DNA from: Paraphysomonas bandaiensis
Lineage: Eukaryota > Protista > Chrysophyceae
Assembly: GCA_965644295.1 (NCBI GenBank)
Contig: CBFFRP010000054.1
Span: 1 to 64,000 of the forward strand
Direction: 5' to 3'
Length of the DNA stretch: 64,000 nt
Every line of letters begins with the position of its first letter. The stretch's first letter is position 1. Under the pieces are notes generated by a model. The model saw nothing but the letters and a program-made list of their open reading frames with translations. It searched no databases and was not told where the DNA came from. Positions 22,798 to 36,399 of this stretch are shown here, in pieces. A program made the translations under genes and the position numbers.

Positions 22798-25700
22798 ATG
22801 AAAGGCTGGATTATATGTCGAGAAAAATGGCTATATGCTGACAGCCGAAGCATGTCTAGACACTGGGTGCAGTGGAAACACCGGTATTGTGCGGTAGAGC
22901 GTGGCTTGCTCTCTTTAAGTACATCAGAGACTCATCGACACCTGGAGGAGTTCTCATTGCGGTTAGTTTTTGTATGAATAATGTACCAATATAATATATG
23001 AATGTGTAGGTTTGCGTCTGCAAAGGCTCATCATTATTCTGAAGCAAGTCATTGTATTGTGGTCAGTTGTCGTCCCGTTGGTTCCCAAGACTCTGTAGAA
23101 GTTACTCTTCAACTCAAAACTGACGAGCATGCTGCTTTGTGGTTACAAGTATGCACTCCATCTTGATGATATAGCGTTTAATTGTTGTACATTTTACCAG
23201 GCTATTGATAGTGAGATTAAGAACGCATACGAGGAACAGAAGCTGCACACGGACCGTGCTCTCCGTGCACTAAGTGGTTTCTTAAAAGAGCGACTTTACC
23301 TGAGGGTACGTGACTAAATATGTATTTAGACCTGACGTTGTGTATGGTAGAGTCGGCAGGATGGAGAACAAATAGAAGCCTTGAGTCCTTCGCAGAGCAT
23401 TCTAGGAGCTGTTGAAGGAGAGCAGGAGGTGAGGTTCCTTTGAGAATGTGTAGCTCGAATGGAGAATAGTATTGTTTACATTGTTGTATCTCTAGATGAT
23501 CTTTGACTCTAATTTGGATATGGAGAGTCGGGTATGGAAGGCTTCAGATTTTGAGACTCGCCTGATGGCTGAAGTTGACACTTTACAAGACCGTACCTCT
23601 CCAACTCCAGGTCCGCCTTTGGAAGTTGCTGTTGCCGCTGAAGGGTCGTATAGCAACCCACGAGATGAGAATAGTAGCCTAAGTAGTGGAGACCCAGATG
23701 ATGATGATTTTGTCCTCATTACGAGCACCGGGGATGGGGATTCGCCTGGAGAGCGTCCACCACAAAACCATCCCGGTCTACCCGGTGCTCCACCTTCTCT
23801 TGCATCATACTTGGGGTCACTATACCGATCCCCAGGTAGAGACATAGCAAGTGACTCTATTCCTAGAGAGGAGAGTGATATAGAAGAGTCATTTCCTTTA
23901 TCTCAATCTAACAACCAGAAACAAGGGCGAGCACATATTCATAGGTCATTTGTTGGGCACTCTAGTGTTTTGCTAGAGACTGGAAATGGAAATGGGAGTG
24001 ACAGAAAAAGTAATGGACAGGCCCCTTGTTGGCAAATCCCCGTACCTCGCCTACGGATTGTTATTATGGCTGTTGGAACTAGGTATGCTTGATAATCTGA
24101 TCTCTCCATGAATGCTGACAGTGGTATATGTTAGAGGGGATGTACAACCGTTTGCACTTCTTGGTCAGAAATTGCGGGCTGATGGGCACAGGGTGCGCCT
24201 GGCAACCCATGCCTGTTTCAGAGAGTATGTGACATCATTTGGGGGAGGTGGACTTGAGTTCTATCCGCTTGGTGGAGACCCTGTGAAATTATCAGAGTTT
24301 ATGGTCAAAACTCATGGCTGTGTCATTCCGACGGACTCTGGTATACTGAAGCAGGTATAGTTCCCCTGTATTTCTTTATTTTGTGTGCCTGATTAGTGTG
24401 CGCTGAATTGTACGAATTCAACGATCTTACTGTTGTAATGTTCAACAGCTTCCTCAGAATATTCTCATGCTGAATGATATTATAAACTCCTGCTGGGGGG
24501 CTTGTGTAGATCCTGACCCCCATGGGGCTTTGCTTGAGGGGCATCGTCCTAGGTGAGCGGAATTTTGGATATTTGCTTTTCGTCTTCTTGACAGTATTTT
24601 GCTAGACGTTTCATGGCTGACGCTATTATTTCTAACCCTGTGACGTATGCTCATATACACTGTGCGGAAGCTCTAGGTGTTCCGTTACACCTCATGTTTC
24701 CTCAGGTATTGTTCCTCATGTTCCCTATAATGTGATTTATTGACATCAGTGTACAGCCATGGGTCCCGACCAAAGCTTTTCCCCACCCCTTGGCGTGTAT
24801 GAATTATGGCGGAAGTGGTAGTAAGTGGTCTACAGAGAATTTTTTGTCCTACCAGGTATCTCTCGGAAGGAATATATTTATCTGCTATTGTTAGAATTGT
24901 GGCACAGGTCGTAGAGAGAATGTTGTGGCTGTCTCTTGAGCCTTTTGTGAACACTTTTCGCAAGAAGCGTCTTGGGTTACCCCCTATACGTCGCGGAGAG
25001 CATGGTTGGAATCTGCTCAATACCAACAAGGTGCCAAGAAAATTATTGTGCCCTGATGTTGACAGCGTTATTGATGTTTTTCCAGGTCCCATTTGTTAAA
25101 ATGTGGTCCAGACATCTTGTTCCTAAGCCCAAGGATTGGGGGCCTCACGTGGATGTTGTTGGTTTCTTCTTGGAGCCATTGGAAAAAGCTGACTTGCTGA
25201 AAACAGCGGTCAAGCCTGTCCCTGCAAGGCGTGATCAGTCTTCTTCATCTCTCTCTGTAGCATCTACTATACCATCCTCCGATCCACCCGAACAGCTTTC
25301 AGATTTCCTCGCCAATGGACCCCTCCCTGTTTTCGTAGGATTCGGATCCATGGTTGTAGATGATGCTGAATCCTTAGTACAGGTACAAAGCGTATGCGAT
25401 TCTAATCCTTTGTTTACGTTGCTGTAGGTGCTTTTGGAAGGTGCCGCTATTCTTGGAGTCCGAATTATTTTCCAATCTGGATGGACGGAGATATCGCCGG
25501 CGAGCTTTACTGACATCGCTCATAAAGTAGAGAAGAAGTCATTACATAAATTAGTAAATGTATATAAGCATAAAGTAGTTGTTGATAAGCAGTACAAAGA
25601 TACGTGCTTGTCGTCGGCAGATAGTTCTGAGTGTTCGAATCGAATATATCAGGAAACGTCACAAAGGCAGGGAATGAAGAGTTCGCCAGCAGAAACTACG

Positions 25701-28174
25701 AGCTCTCAACCGAGCATGGGGAAATCTGATAGTAGTGTTCCGACCAGCCCCCTGTGTTCATCCTACCTCAAGAGACCATGGAGAGCCGAGGATGCACTAC
25801 TGATTGGTTCCTGTGCGCACGATAAACTTTTCCCACATATGGCTGCGGTTATCCACCATGGTGGAGCAGGTACTGCATCTGCGTTTCTGAGTGATGGTAT
25901 CCTACTTTGCACTCTATGGATTTATGTAACGTGCATATTCATACTGCTATTTTATCTTATTTTGTTGATACAGGCACAACTGCTGCTGGACTCAGGGCGG
26001 GACGACCCACGATGATATGTCCCTTTTTCGGTGACCAGCATTTCTGGGGCCATATGATTCACAAAGCTAAAGTAGGGCCTGAACCATGTCCTGTACACAA
26101 GGTACTGCTTAATATCGTGCTTAGCAGTCTAATTTTGTGTAGCTTACACCAGAGGGTGTAGCGAATGGGTTGAGCTATCTGTTGTCAGAGGAGACCGCAT
26201 GCGCAGCAGTAGAACTGTCGGACAAACTTGAGTCGGAGGACGGCGTTGGAAACGCTCTCTCGTGTTTCTATCGACACCTTCACGTAGAGAATATGATCTG
26301 TGATGTGTCTATTTTCTTAGGCGAGAGCCAGCTTGCGCACGTTTGGTGCCGAGAGTGTGGATTTAAGATGACTCGTGAGATCTCCGATGTAGTTCACAGT
26401 GAACACCAACACCAGACAACCCCATGTACGTATGTTAACTGGGGCGGATTGCGAGAGCCCACTTCGGCGACCGAGGGTGTGATTCAAGGCCTTGGTGGAG
26501 CTACGCATGAGTTAGCTGGAGGCATTACCGATGCTCTCATTCAGCCTATGAGTGCACTGTACAATGACGGGTTACGAGGTGCTATGGGGGGCTTCGTCAG
26601 CGGGTTACAAGGCCTTATTGTACGACCTATAACTGGAGGCTTTGTGCTCTACAACAAGTTTTCTGAGGGAATAAAACACACAATACATAGCCCTCTTGAG
26701 TCAAGAGGGGTGTCTCTACCGGACCCGCATACACAGTTCACCCGGCCAGGATCTATGCAGCGCCAGGAAGCCAGTTTGTATGGTGCAGAGAGCCTGCGTG
26801 AGATTATTCCGGACAGCTCAATTACTTCGCCGGACACAGGACTAGCGCATTCAATGGAAGAGAAGACCTTAACTATGACCAATCCAGAGCCCTGTTCATC
26901 TATTGATGCTGATGTTCTTGCGCTAGATAAACTCATGCATGATGAGATAGACGGTGTACTCGATTCTGTCGACTCTCCTCTTCTTTCACTATCGAGGAGC
27001 TCTTCTTTGGCCTCTCCCGATCTTGTAATTCGAACTGCGCAATCTGTGGAATCCCACAGTGCAATGGCATCACTTTGTCATTCCGGCACTTCGAATGATA
27101 GCAGCAGCGGTCGTGATGTGGATGAGGATAGCAATACACCACGCATCGACTACTCTGCTGCACTCACTGGGGGAGCATTTGGTTCTTCCGAGACTGAAGA
27201 TGGACTAGAAAATGACAATGAGAGCAATACAGGTACTCCATTGAGCTACAGTGCTACCAGCTCGGCCCCCGTCTTTGCTGCATTGGAAGAGGTGAGTGCG
27301 ATGTAATGCTATGAACGAGTCTCTTACTTACTCTGCCTGCAGGACATACACGGCGAGAATGTACCTGCCTATGGGGCAATTAGTGCTCTCATGTCTCGTA
27401 GTCTTGGTCCAGGGGAAGAGTTTTGGGGGCCTTCCAAGGGCAGACCAAGGGATGGAGATACCGTATCTTGTTCCGTAGATAGAATCGCTATGTTCAGTGA
27501 GAACGAAGTGGCACTTGATTGCTATCCTCCACCTTCCACCAGTCCTGTTCCCAATGAGGAGCCAGTGGTAGATCCCTGCTTTGTTTCTGATGTGCGAAAC
27601 GCACCACCAACTCCTACATTGTCTCCAAGCACCGACAACCACAAGTCAACAAAGAGCCCGCCCGTGTCGCCCACAACTTTAGTCATGGAAAGGCGAAAAG
27701 AGATATTGCAGGCATTCGAAAAGGCTAAAAAGGTGCAGACCGCGCTGTGTGAACTTATGGGGAATGCGTCGCGGTATGTGCATATTGTGTGTTGTTATTT
27801 TTTGACCAGATCCTTTTTATATAGATTCGTAACGTTGGAAGACTTTGCAGATATTATTACGCGTACACTTGGAGATGACAGTACTCCTAGAGACAGTACA
27901 CATGATATGGCTCAGAGTCTCTTGCAGGTAAAGTGATTTACGTTCTGTGGATTTCAACGTTTTTGACTGTTGTAACAATAATATGAGTAACACATGAATA
28001 TCACAGACAATATCTCGCACCAAGGCTTTCCTCGACTTCGTGGACTTCAGCTTGCTATTCTTATCAATGCAGGTGTAATTAGCCTAATGTTTCTATTTCG
28101 TTACTCTAATTGATTATCTTTATCAGCGGGAGATGCACTGGAAGGACAAACCCTCGCGAGTAGTGAACTTGTAA
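22798..28174 (+). CDS. Sterol 3-beta-glucosyltransferase (GT1, UGT80/ATG26-like) with N-terminal PH domain
   Basis: Motifs [49 protein letters not shown] and [10 protein letters not shown] across many exons. The first two exons give a PH pattern (MKGW..WKHRYC..ALWLQAI). Confidence 0.9.
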
Positions 28175-29087
28175 TCAAACAGCTGGTGTATTGGTTTCCT
28201 CAGTGTACATATAACCAAAACATGGTGATAGCGTGCTATTGCACGGAGTGTGTATATTGTAGCCATAGCACATATATTAGTTATGCCTCTTCATTAATGT
28301 GACGAGTTGAGATGGATGTGCAATGCTCATTTGTCTAGTATGTGTATATTTAGCTATCGAATGCACTGGATTAATCTAATCAGTGGTGTATTAAACTTTA
28401 ATTATAATTTATAATATATATAGATGTTGACCATTGTTGTCACTAAGTGGGTACATATCTTCCTGATGGCATTCATAATTCATAGTCATTTTGCGTGTTA
28501 CTTTGCTCTTGTCCGACACTTTGTAGCGAATAAAAGTATCAGTGTTGTAGTTTGTAGTAGAATGGTAACCAATGCAGTGCATTTTGTTTCTGCATGTGGG
28601 AAAATAGTGAAGAAGCATGAAGAATATATTAATCGTGTTGTTGGAATACGTATGTTTCTTTACGATAGTACTGTCGAATACGAAAACAGTAATACGTAGA
28701 TACGTAGTCAAAGATACTATATAGCTATAACTGTGAAACTGAAGAATTGTATCATGACGATTCAAGATACGGAAGTTGAGTAGTGGTTGACATGAACAAA
28801 ATGAATTATCATGTTGTTGACATGTTTTACATGACAACTCACACAATTGTGTGTGCAATATTATAAAAGAGTGTATCCAGTATCTAGTTTGATTTCAATA
28901 AACTTCTCTTAACGGTCTTAATTGTAAAAATAACCAATAGCCAATAAATAATCGTATATACATCATGAATAATAATTAAAGTTTATAATATTCAACTATA
29001 TATTATGGATTAAATGGTGGCTCATAAATACTGGGATTTTCCTTCTTGTCAAATAAATAAATATAAATAAACCTCTAACCCTAATCG

Positions 29088-29190
29088 AATACTAGGAAAT
29101 CAGAGTTAAGCGCTAGTTACTTACATAGCAATGCTAAATGCTAAATTAGATTTGACTCTTAAACGTCTATTGCTAATAGTAAGACATTCA
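29088..29190 (+). mobile_element. Extreme 3' tail of retroelement subfamily A2
   Basis: taggaaatcagagttaagcgctag..ctcttaaacgtctattgctaatagtaagacattca matches the reverse complement of 37190-37270. Confidence 0.6.
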
Positions 29191-29357
29191 CTACTAAGGT
29201 AACTCTTGCTTTATACTTCTACAGAAGCGGTGGTAATGAAAATTGGTGGTATTGTATTATATTATCGCACGGGAATTAACATCATCATGAACGAGAAAAA
29301 CAAGAACAACAGCACTTTGACACATACACTAAAGTCACCGGGTTAGATTTTCATAAA

Positions 29358-30257
29358 TTAGATTGAAATGGATGCCATAGTGTGCATGTAATTTTCATCC
29401 TCCATTGACAGCATCTCGTAGATGTCGTTATTCCGAGTGTCTGGCAACTGTACCACTGACGCTTGATCGGCCATGTTACGGTATGCCGTCGTGGCAGCAG
29501 TTAAGAGTGGAATACTGGCAGCGTATTTATTATATGGCCACACCATTTTCATTCTTTGGAGTGCAGATGATACAGCAACAGCTTCCTGCTTAATAGTGCA
29601 GGCAACACACGCTTCTCCTGAATAAACACTCTTCATACATTGTGGTAAGAACAGCAGAAACTCCTTTGTGTCAGTGGTAGCACATGATACACATGGCCTT
29701 GTTTCAGCAAACACTTGTGATGGAAGTGCAGGAATATCTTGGCCATAACTTGCAAATGTATTCTCAATAATTCTCGGAAAGATCCTCACAATCATTAACA
29801 GCCGCTGTGTCTCTGATTTTAACGACATAAAATCATCTATGGTCCACATTTCATGTAGATTCTCTAAATATTTCCGCTCCTCATCTTCGTTATCAAACTC
29901 TACATCATCATCAGCAACATCATCAGCAGGTGTTGATTCTTCTGATAGTTTAATACAAGCATCTGATGCGGTCTGTTACTAGACGATTACATATACATGT
30001 ATAGTATAGTAGAAATACAATACCTCATTCCAATGAGATAATGATATGGCTAATTTAATTACCATACCAGCACATAAACTACCAACAAACATAACTGGCG
30101 CATGTATAGTAGACGGAGGTGAGGCTGTTATAATAAAACTATCTAATGTGGGACTACGTGAAGAATTGGCAACAGCTCGTGTAAAACATGTTACACCCAT
30201 ACCAACTGCATCATTTATTAAAGGTGTTCTTGTTAGAAGGAATGTTAAGGTTGCCAT
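29358..30257 (-). CDS. Hypothetical protein, two exons
   Basis: ORF 29979-30257 splices (GAG|gtattg..taacag|ACC) in frame into an acidic linker and ORF 29358-29849. Confidence 0.6.
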
Positions 30258-30516
30258 AGTGTGTATGTATGTATGTATGTATGGAGGATGTTAGTCTGTG
30301 TATGTATGTAAATATGAGTGTGTTGGATATGTCTTGAGGATTGTATGTAGAAGGGAAGTGCTGGATGGGTTTCTGTATGTTTTCTTCGATTATCCAGAGA
30401 AAATGCTAGAAAAATATACTGTACACTTCGTACGTACAGCAGTATGTGCATTGTGATGTGATTAGAAAAATAGAGTTTTTGTATGAAAAAAATAAAAAAT
30501 ATGGGATTTTCAAGAC

Positions 30517-30521
30517 AAAAA
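30517..30521 (-). terminator. RNA polymerase III oligo(dT) terminator of the 5S gene
   Basis: T5 run at the 3' end of helix I on the minus strand. Confidence 0.7.
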
Positions 30522-30639
30522 CGGACAGTACCCGGACTTCGCACGTGGTCACCCACCGTACTACTAACCGGGCCAGATGCAACTTAACTTCCGCGAGCGG
30601 AACGAGAGCGGGTGCGGTTTGCATTGTATGACCGTCCAT
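30521..30639 (-). rRNA. 5S: 5S ribosomal RNA gene (119 nt), solitary
   Basis: Minus strand ATGGACGGTCATAC..GAAGTTAAG..GGTTAGTAGTACGGTGGGTGACCACGTGCGAAGTCCGGGTACTGTCCGT. Helices I (ATGGACGGT/ACTGTCCGT), II (ATGCAA/TTGCAT), III (CCGC/GCGG), IV and V all pair. Confidence 0.95.
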
Positions 30640-30962
30640 ATCAGAGAGGCGACTTTTGGTGTATAGTAATGCATGTACTACTCTGTACAGGTCGCATATT
30701 GGAAAAAGTCGACAAGCTAAAAAATCTCCCTTTTTTCGATGTTTGAGATATATTTTGATCATCAAAACACAATATACAGCCAAAAACCAAGGATTTCTTT
30801 GCCTGGTTGATATACAGTACCACCCAGTCATGGATATTCATATACACGACAAGCCTCATATGATGATTTCAAATATATTTATCTCCACATACACAGATAT
30901 ATACATTCATTCCACTCCATATTAGGCTACATTGACATAATACACAACGATCAGAGGATATA

Positions 30963-31791
30963 ATGGTCAAGTGTAGGAAATGCGGAGGGAGAGCCAAAGG
31001 AGACTGTGTAAATACGTACGTAGACTTAGGGCAGTGGACTCTATCATGTGCTATCATGTTGTGGTCTTATATACACATATCTGTGTATATACGTGTATAT
31101 ATCTGTGTATGTATATATATGTGTGTATATACATACATATAACATGTTACTGCTGATATATATATACATATATGTGCTTATCGTGTATTGTGTAGCATGT
31201 GCTTTACGTGCTGTATGAAGTGTAAGAAGATATGTTCTCCTCATGCTGAACTCGCTAAAAGAAAGGAAGGTGGGCATATATGTTTCCACTGAATACCTTT
31301 TAAATAAATTAACTTTGATTCGATTAGATGAAGAGCGATATATCGAAGAAGGAATTCAGGCAGCCTGGACCCGTAAACGGCGAACTTTTATTCACGCGGA
31401 GGATGGGTTAACTGATGTTGGACACACTGTTGTTGTGTGGTGCCTACGCGACTTTCTTCGTAATTCTGCGTAAGTGGCATCATTAGTTCTACACCATTAG
31501 TTCTGAAGTATAATATTTGTTTTTGAATTCTCCTACAGTTGGAGCGCCCCTACTTTTGCTCAATTAGACCGAGCCCGGCTATCTAAGAAAATTAGGTTAA
31601 AGAGAAGACAACGACGGGTGCTATCTGCTGAAGAAGAGGAGAAGAAAATACTGGAAAAGGTCCGTAAATCCGTCGCTAATCAACGAGAAAAACGGGAAAA
31701 GGCATACACTAGAGTCAGGTCACAGTGGGAAGAATCGTTTGAGAGTGGCGGAAGCACAGTTTGGCTTGTTGAGGAACAACGAAGTAGTTAG
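30963..31791 (+). CDS. Small basic protein with SHI/LRP1-like Cys-rich zinc finger
   Basis: Four exons splice to MVKCRKCGGRAKGDCVNTMCFTCCMKCKKICSPH..VVVWCLRDFLRN..KKIRLKRRQRR, with a stop at 31789-31791. Confidence 0.75.
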
Positions 31792-32498
31792 ACTTGCAAT
31801 CATTTATTCATTCCACCCAGAATCCGGAATAGTATGTTTTAGTGTATTGCGTCCGATATATATAGAATATAATAGTTGCAGATTAGCACCCTTTGCATTA
31901 TAGTATCTATGCACCTTTGCGTCACTTCTAGCGCTGGAGAATAGAGTGCAGGTGTAATTTTAGTGTAGTAAATTGGAACGATTATCAATCCCTTCTCAAT
32001 ATTAGAAAAGCAAACAAGAAGCAAATTTTGGTATTGGTGCTGCACGACAAATACAACTACCATTCTACCAATGGCTCCCGAATATACTATTACGTAGAGA
32101 AATCTGTAGGATAATAGAGTATTAGTAGTTAGTAGTACGCACTGAGAATCCGAAATGCCAATATCACACTTTTAAATGAAATGTTTTGAAGCTATGATTT
32201 AGAGTGGCGAAAGATTTTGTAATATGTGGTTTTCATGTAAAAATTACAATAGTGTAATACCACTTTCATGAAGTCGCAGAACTTTATCTTGCTTAACAAG
32301 ACACAAGAGCTAACAAGGTTCTAGTGAACTGGCTGATACAAGATATCAATGTACAATGTAAGATATAAACCTGCTCATTCGTATAGAATTGATCAGGTCA
32401 ATAATATTCTTCTTCTACATTGATCTGTTTTAAGTTTTAATCATTTCTAACACTAAATTCAGTTCAAACCACTACGAATAAACCCTATACATTTTAAG

Positions 32499-35305
32499 CT
32501 ATTTACATTGCGCTAACTCTAACAAGATATTATTTCTGCATTGTGTCATACTCTGCACATCATGCGCGGTGCAGTTCGTATTATTTTCTGTTGTGTATTT
32601 TCTGATGGCAGATAGTGACGCTTCTTGAAAAATATTGCGCAACTCTGCTGGTGATCTTCATCGAAAAGTATTAACTAATTGAAATATCACGATAATAGAA
32701 ACAACCAACCTTCCTACTGTGCATGTAGCTATGTTCTCAACTATGGTTTCAATTTCTTCGGTACTGCCATGCATGCCAGTGTCTCCAACAAAGCCCCGTA
32801 AAATAGCCTTTCTCTAAACAGTTGTAAGCACGGGATATGGGGTGCAATAATATGAAAAGACCTACCTGATCGTGGTCTGGAAGTGACACCTCAATGTGCT
32901 CCTCTAGTCGTCCTGGACGTACTAATGCTCTATTGTTCATCTAAGAAAATTGGTCAGGAGTACGACATAGATACTCACCCATCAAGTTGCTGGGGAAAAC
33001 ACGACGCTGTGGCAATGACTATAACTATGTCCTCAGTACTTGGGCAGCCTGTACCCTTAGATCGTCGCCGAACCCCTCCCTCCACTAGTTTAGGCGGAGT
33101 CGACACTCCATCCAGCTCCACCAGCAGCGTGCTCAACAACCTGTCAATTGCTTGATGGGAAGTCCGGTGTCCATCCCTGCGTCTAGCCCGCCTGACGGGA
33201 GGTGCGGTAATTCCAGTTGCACTAGACGGATCGAACGGAGTGTCGGGAAAGTCTGTTTGCTTGTCGACCGACATACCCAACATCACTTCAATATTATCTA
33301 ACAGCAGGAAACAGGGAGACATCGCGCGGGCTACACAAATATGAACATTTACGCCACAGATTTATAAAAGCGTACCAGTAGAAAATATTTCAGCAAGTCG
33401 ACGTTCTGAGTCACCAACCACCTGCAGAAAGAAATCATGGATCACAACAAAAGTGAATAAGATACAGCCCACCTTATGAACAACTTCAGCACACGAGACC
33501 GAGAGCAACTTGAAATGAGATCGTGCTTCATACGCTGCCCGGTAAGCAATTGATGTCTTCCCACACCCACTTGGCCCGTGAATTAAGTACCCTGTTCATT
33601 GCCGTATGATGAGGGTTAGATACATCGACACACAGAATTGATGATATAATATCTTCGAGATTATCATGAAGAAAAAGTTTGAGCACGTCTCACCTTTGCA
33701 TGGAGATACCCCGAGTCGACGACAGAGTGCATTTAACTCACTGTCTGGGGACACAGCTTGAACAGCGGCATTGACGATATCTTGTACCACTTTTTCAAAT
33801 CCATATACAAGAGGAGGTGGTGGCTGAATGGAGAAATCTCGAATAAATTCGAGTGAACTTGTGCCTAGGGATTGTGCTGGAGGGGAATTGGTAGAAATAT
33901 GAAGAATAACATCACTTGGATCAAGTATCACCTTGTCATCTAAAAATATAAGAAATATAAGTACGAACTACGAAATGACGTGTGGGGTACCATGGCTGGA
34001 ATTAGAAGACAGTGTATGAGGCACCGCCCTTGTCAACGAAGAAAGAATATCAATCACGGATAAACCCTGTACCATCGTTATTCCACATCGATTACTCCGA
34101 ATAAACATATAACCTGAGTTCTTCGGGAAACCTCTATAGCAAAATTGCAGATAAACTCTTCGTAAACTGGTACACATTACTTACGACAGACAAAAAGCAT
34201 CAACAAGAACATAAAGTACCTTGCGATAGAGGACGCATATCACCTCTACATGAAGTCCAGATCTCCGTGGAACTATCAGCAGGTATTGCTGCTCGCAAAG
34301 CCCTTTCAGCCACCACTGCCCTTGCTGCCTGGTCCGGGTAAGGTACGACTACTGGTGAACCGAGTCTGTAAGGTCGTAGTATACCTGCTGGTAACCGGTT
34401 ATCACCATCTGTACAGCCGGCGGAAACAGTGGCAATCACAAAAGGACGGAATCGATTAACAGAAGTTCGAGACCGAACAGAGCGGAGTGTATCGAGTCCC
34501 TTGAGAAGGGCGGAAGAAGTGGTGAGAGACACGGCAGGAACCGAGACAGATGTCCCAGGGGCCACTGCAGAATGAACTATCGCGTCCAAGTTGTCAAGAA
34601 ATACAACGTGACAGCCTTGATATATATTTGATTTTTCACCTGCCAATATCTTCAAAACTGCAGCTTCTGGTTCTCCAACACTTCATAACAGGTTATTACA
34701 AGGTGGATCAATGTATAATAGTATTACCTCCGACATGTACGAAGTAGCGTGATACAATCAAGATAATGCGTTGATATTCGATGGGTAGAGCTTGTATTAT
34801 CCAGTGCACTGTGTAGCCTTCGAAGCAGTGCTGTTTTCCCGCATCCAGAATGTCCTTCTATAATAAGACCAATAGGGTCATCATACGTAAGTTCCCCATT
34901 CATATTCAATCCTTTTGCGACTTCTCTACTAATAGTTCTAAGCGTACTATTAATCCCATAAAAATTCGTCTGAAGTCTATCGAATAATAACTCAGCAGAT
35001 ACATTAACAGACTGTTCATATAGTGATTTCACTAATGGAGATACTTCGACATCTTTATCAAATGAAATCACAGTATTTTTTGATATAATGGATTTAGTAT
35101 TACATGGAATACAACTAATAATTTCATATAATATTGATGTATCTCCGAATTGTATGATCGATCCATCTGTTACGACACGACCACATAGATAAGCTATACA
35201 ATGATCTTGTAGACTACTTGTAGAGTGAGTTAGTGTATTCAGATGATTGGATTTAATCCGAACTATAGCTGATGTTGTATAAGGTATCATGGTCTGATAT
35301 ATCAA
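32499..35305 (-). CDS. Type II (two-domain) AAA+ ATPase, CDC48/AFG2/PEX1-related; true start uncertain
   Basis: Walker A GHSGCGKT and GPSGCGKT, pore loop KVVGDSE, DRLLSTLLVELDG and SRH ALVRPGRL. Many short introns. Confidence 0.85.
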
Positions 35306-35874
35306 GCTCTATGCTGGGTATTGTAATGGAGAGCAGCCTCACGTGGTTCCATATATATAAGGACGACAGATAGAAGCTACTGTTTAGCCGTAGTATATAC
35401 TAGAAATCCATGATATTTGGGGTATTGTTTTCTATAATAGTGGTAATATACAGTCCACATGATCTATAAAACCGATTTTATAGGAATAAATATTCCAATA
35501 TTCTATACTTCATATATTTATACTGTATAAATACTCCAATATATAGCACACCTATAGGCACTATATGTCTAGCTGTACTGTATGTGTCCACCCTCTATGC
35601 ATGTTCACACTATTAACCAGGCAGTGCATAGCTCATAGTGCATAACTCCATACTATAATCATATCCCTATAAAACAAACCATGAATCTCTTATTACACTA
35701 TCTAATAGATTCATAATACATAATCATGTGTTGTGATGTATTATCTATCAAGTGTTATCAGTGTTGTGTTGCTTACATGACCCTATCAGCCGTTGACTTG
35801 ACCTGATTCATATACTACATACATACATAATATATGAACACAGATATATTAAAACATATATCATACTATTGGTC

Positions 35875-36399
35875 ATGAATGTACTAGAGCTTGTAAGGAG
35901 TAAACTGGTGTTTTCATCACCGACTGTGAGGCGTAAACCGAAATCATCAACTGCTTATACAATAGTTGATCCCACAGTTGATTGTCTGGATAGTCCATGC
36001 AGTGAGGGAGATGTAGAGGTTACAGCATCACTTATGCATATAGAAGTACCTTCTGTGAGTGTGATGTACACGGAAATGGAAAATTATGTCGCATTCAGCC
36101 CAACACACCCTCGCTCCCCACCTGCCTCTGCATATCCCAGCGTGTGGAAAAGTAGACTTGCTGCCTGTAAACGTTTTGCCACACGCGCTCTATCTCTTGC
36201 CTCGCCTAGGACATCTTTACGCTCTGACAGTCCTAGTGTACTTGAACATGATGAATTTTCTACATCATCAACAGCATCGAGGTTTCAGCGCTTCAAAACT
36301 TATGCTGCTGCGAAACTGAGTTCTCTACGTATGTTTGAGTTTCGTAAATCGAAGAGAGAAAAAGCTGATATTCTCTTAGACGAGTTTCCATTACTGTAA
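35875..36399 (+). CDS. Hypothetical Ser/Pro-rich protein
   Basis: Single ATG-initiated ORF of 174 codons, head-to-head with the AAA gene. No recognised domain. Confidence 0.55.
   Translation: MNVLELVRSKLVFSSPTVRRKPKSSTAYTIVDPTVDCLDSPCSEGDVEVTASLMHIEVPSVSVMYTEMENYVAFSPTHPRSPPASAYPSVWKSRLAACKRFATRALSLASPRTSLRSDSPSVLEHDEFSTSSTASRFQRFKTYAAAKLSSLRMFEFRKSKREKADILLDEFPLL

Noticed and set aside
28424-28860. Possible solo LTR (tgttgac start; weak similarity to 43.3-43.5, 1.0-1.1 and 7.0-7.1 kb)
   Set aside because: Similarity is limited to short words, and no clear terminal CA or target-site duplication could be fixed by eye.
31970-31983. AAATTGGAACGAT match to U6 snRNA
   Set aside because: The ACAGAGA box and the rest of U6 are absent.
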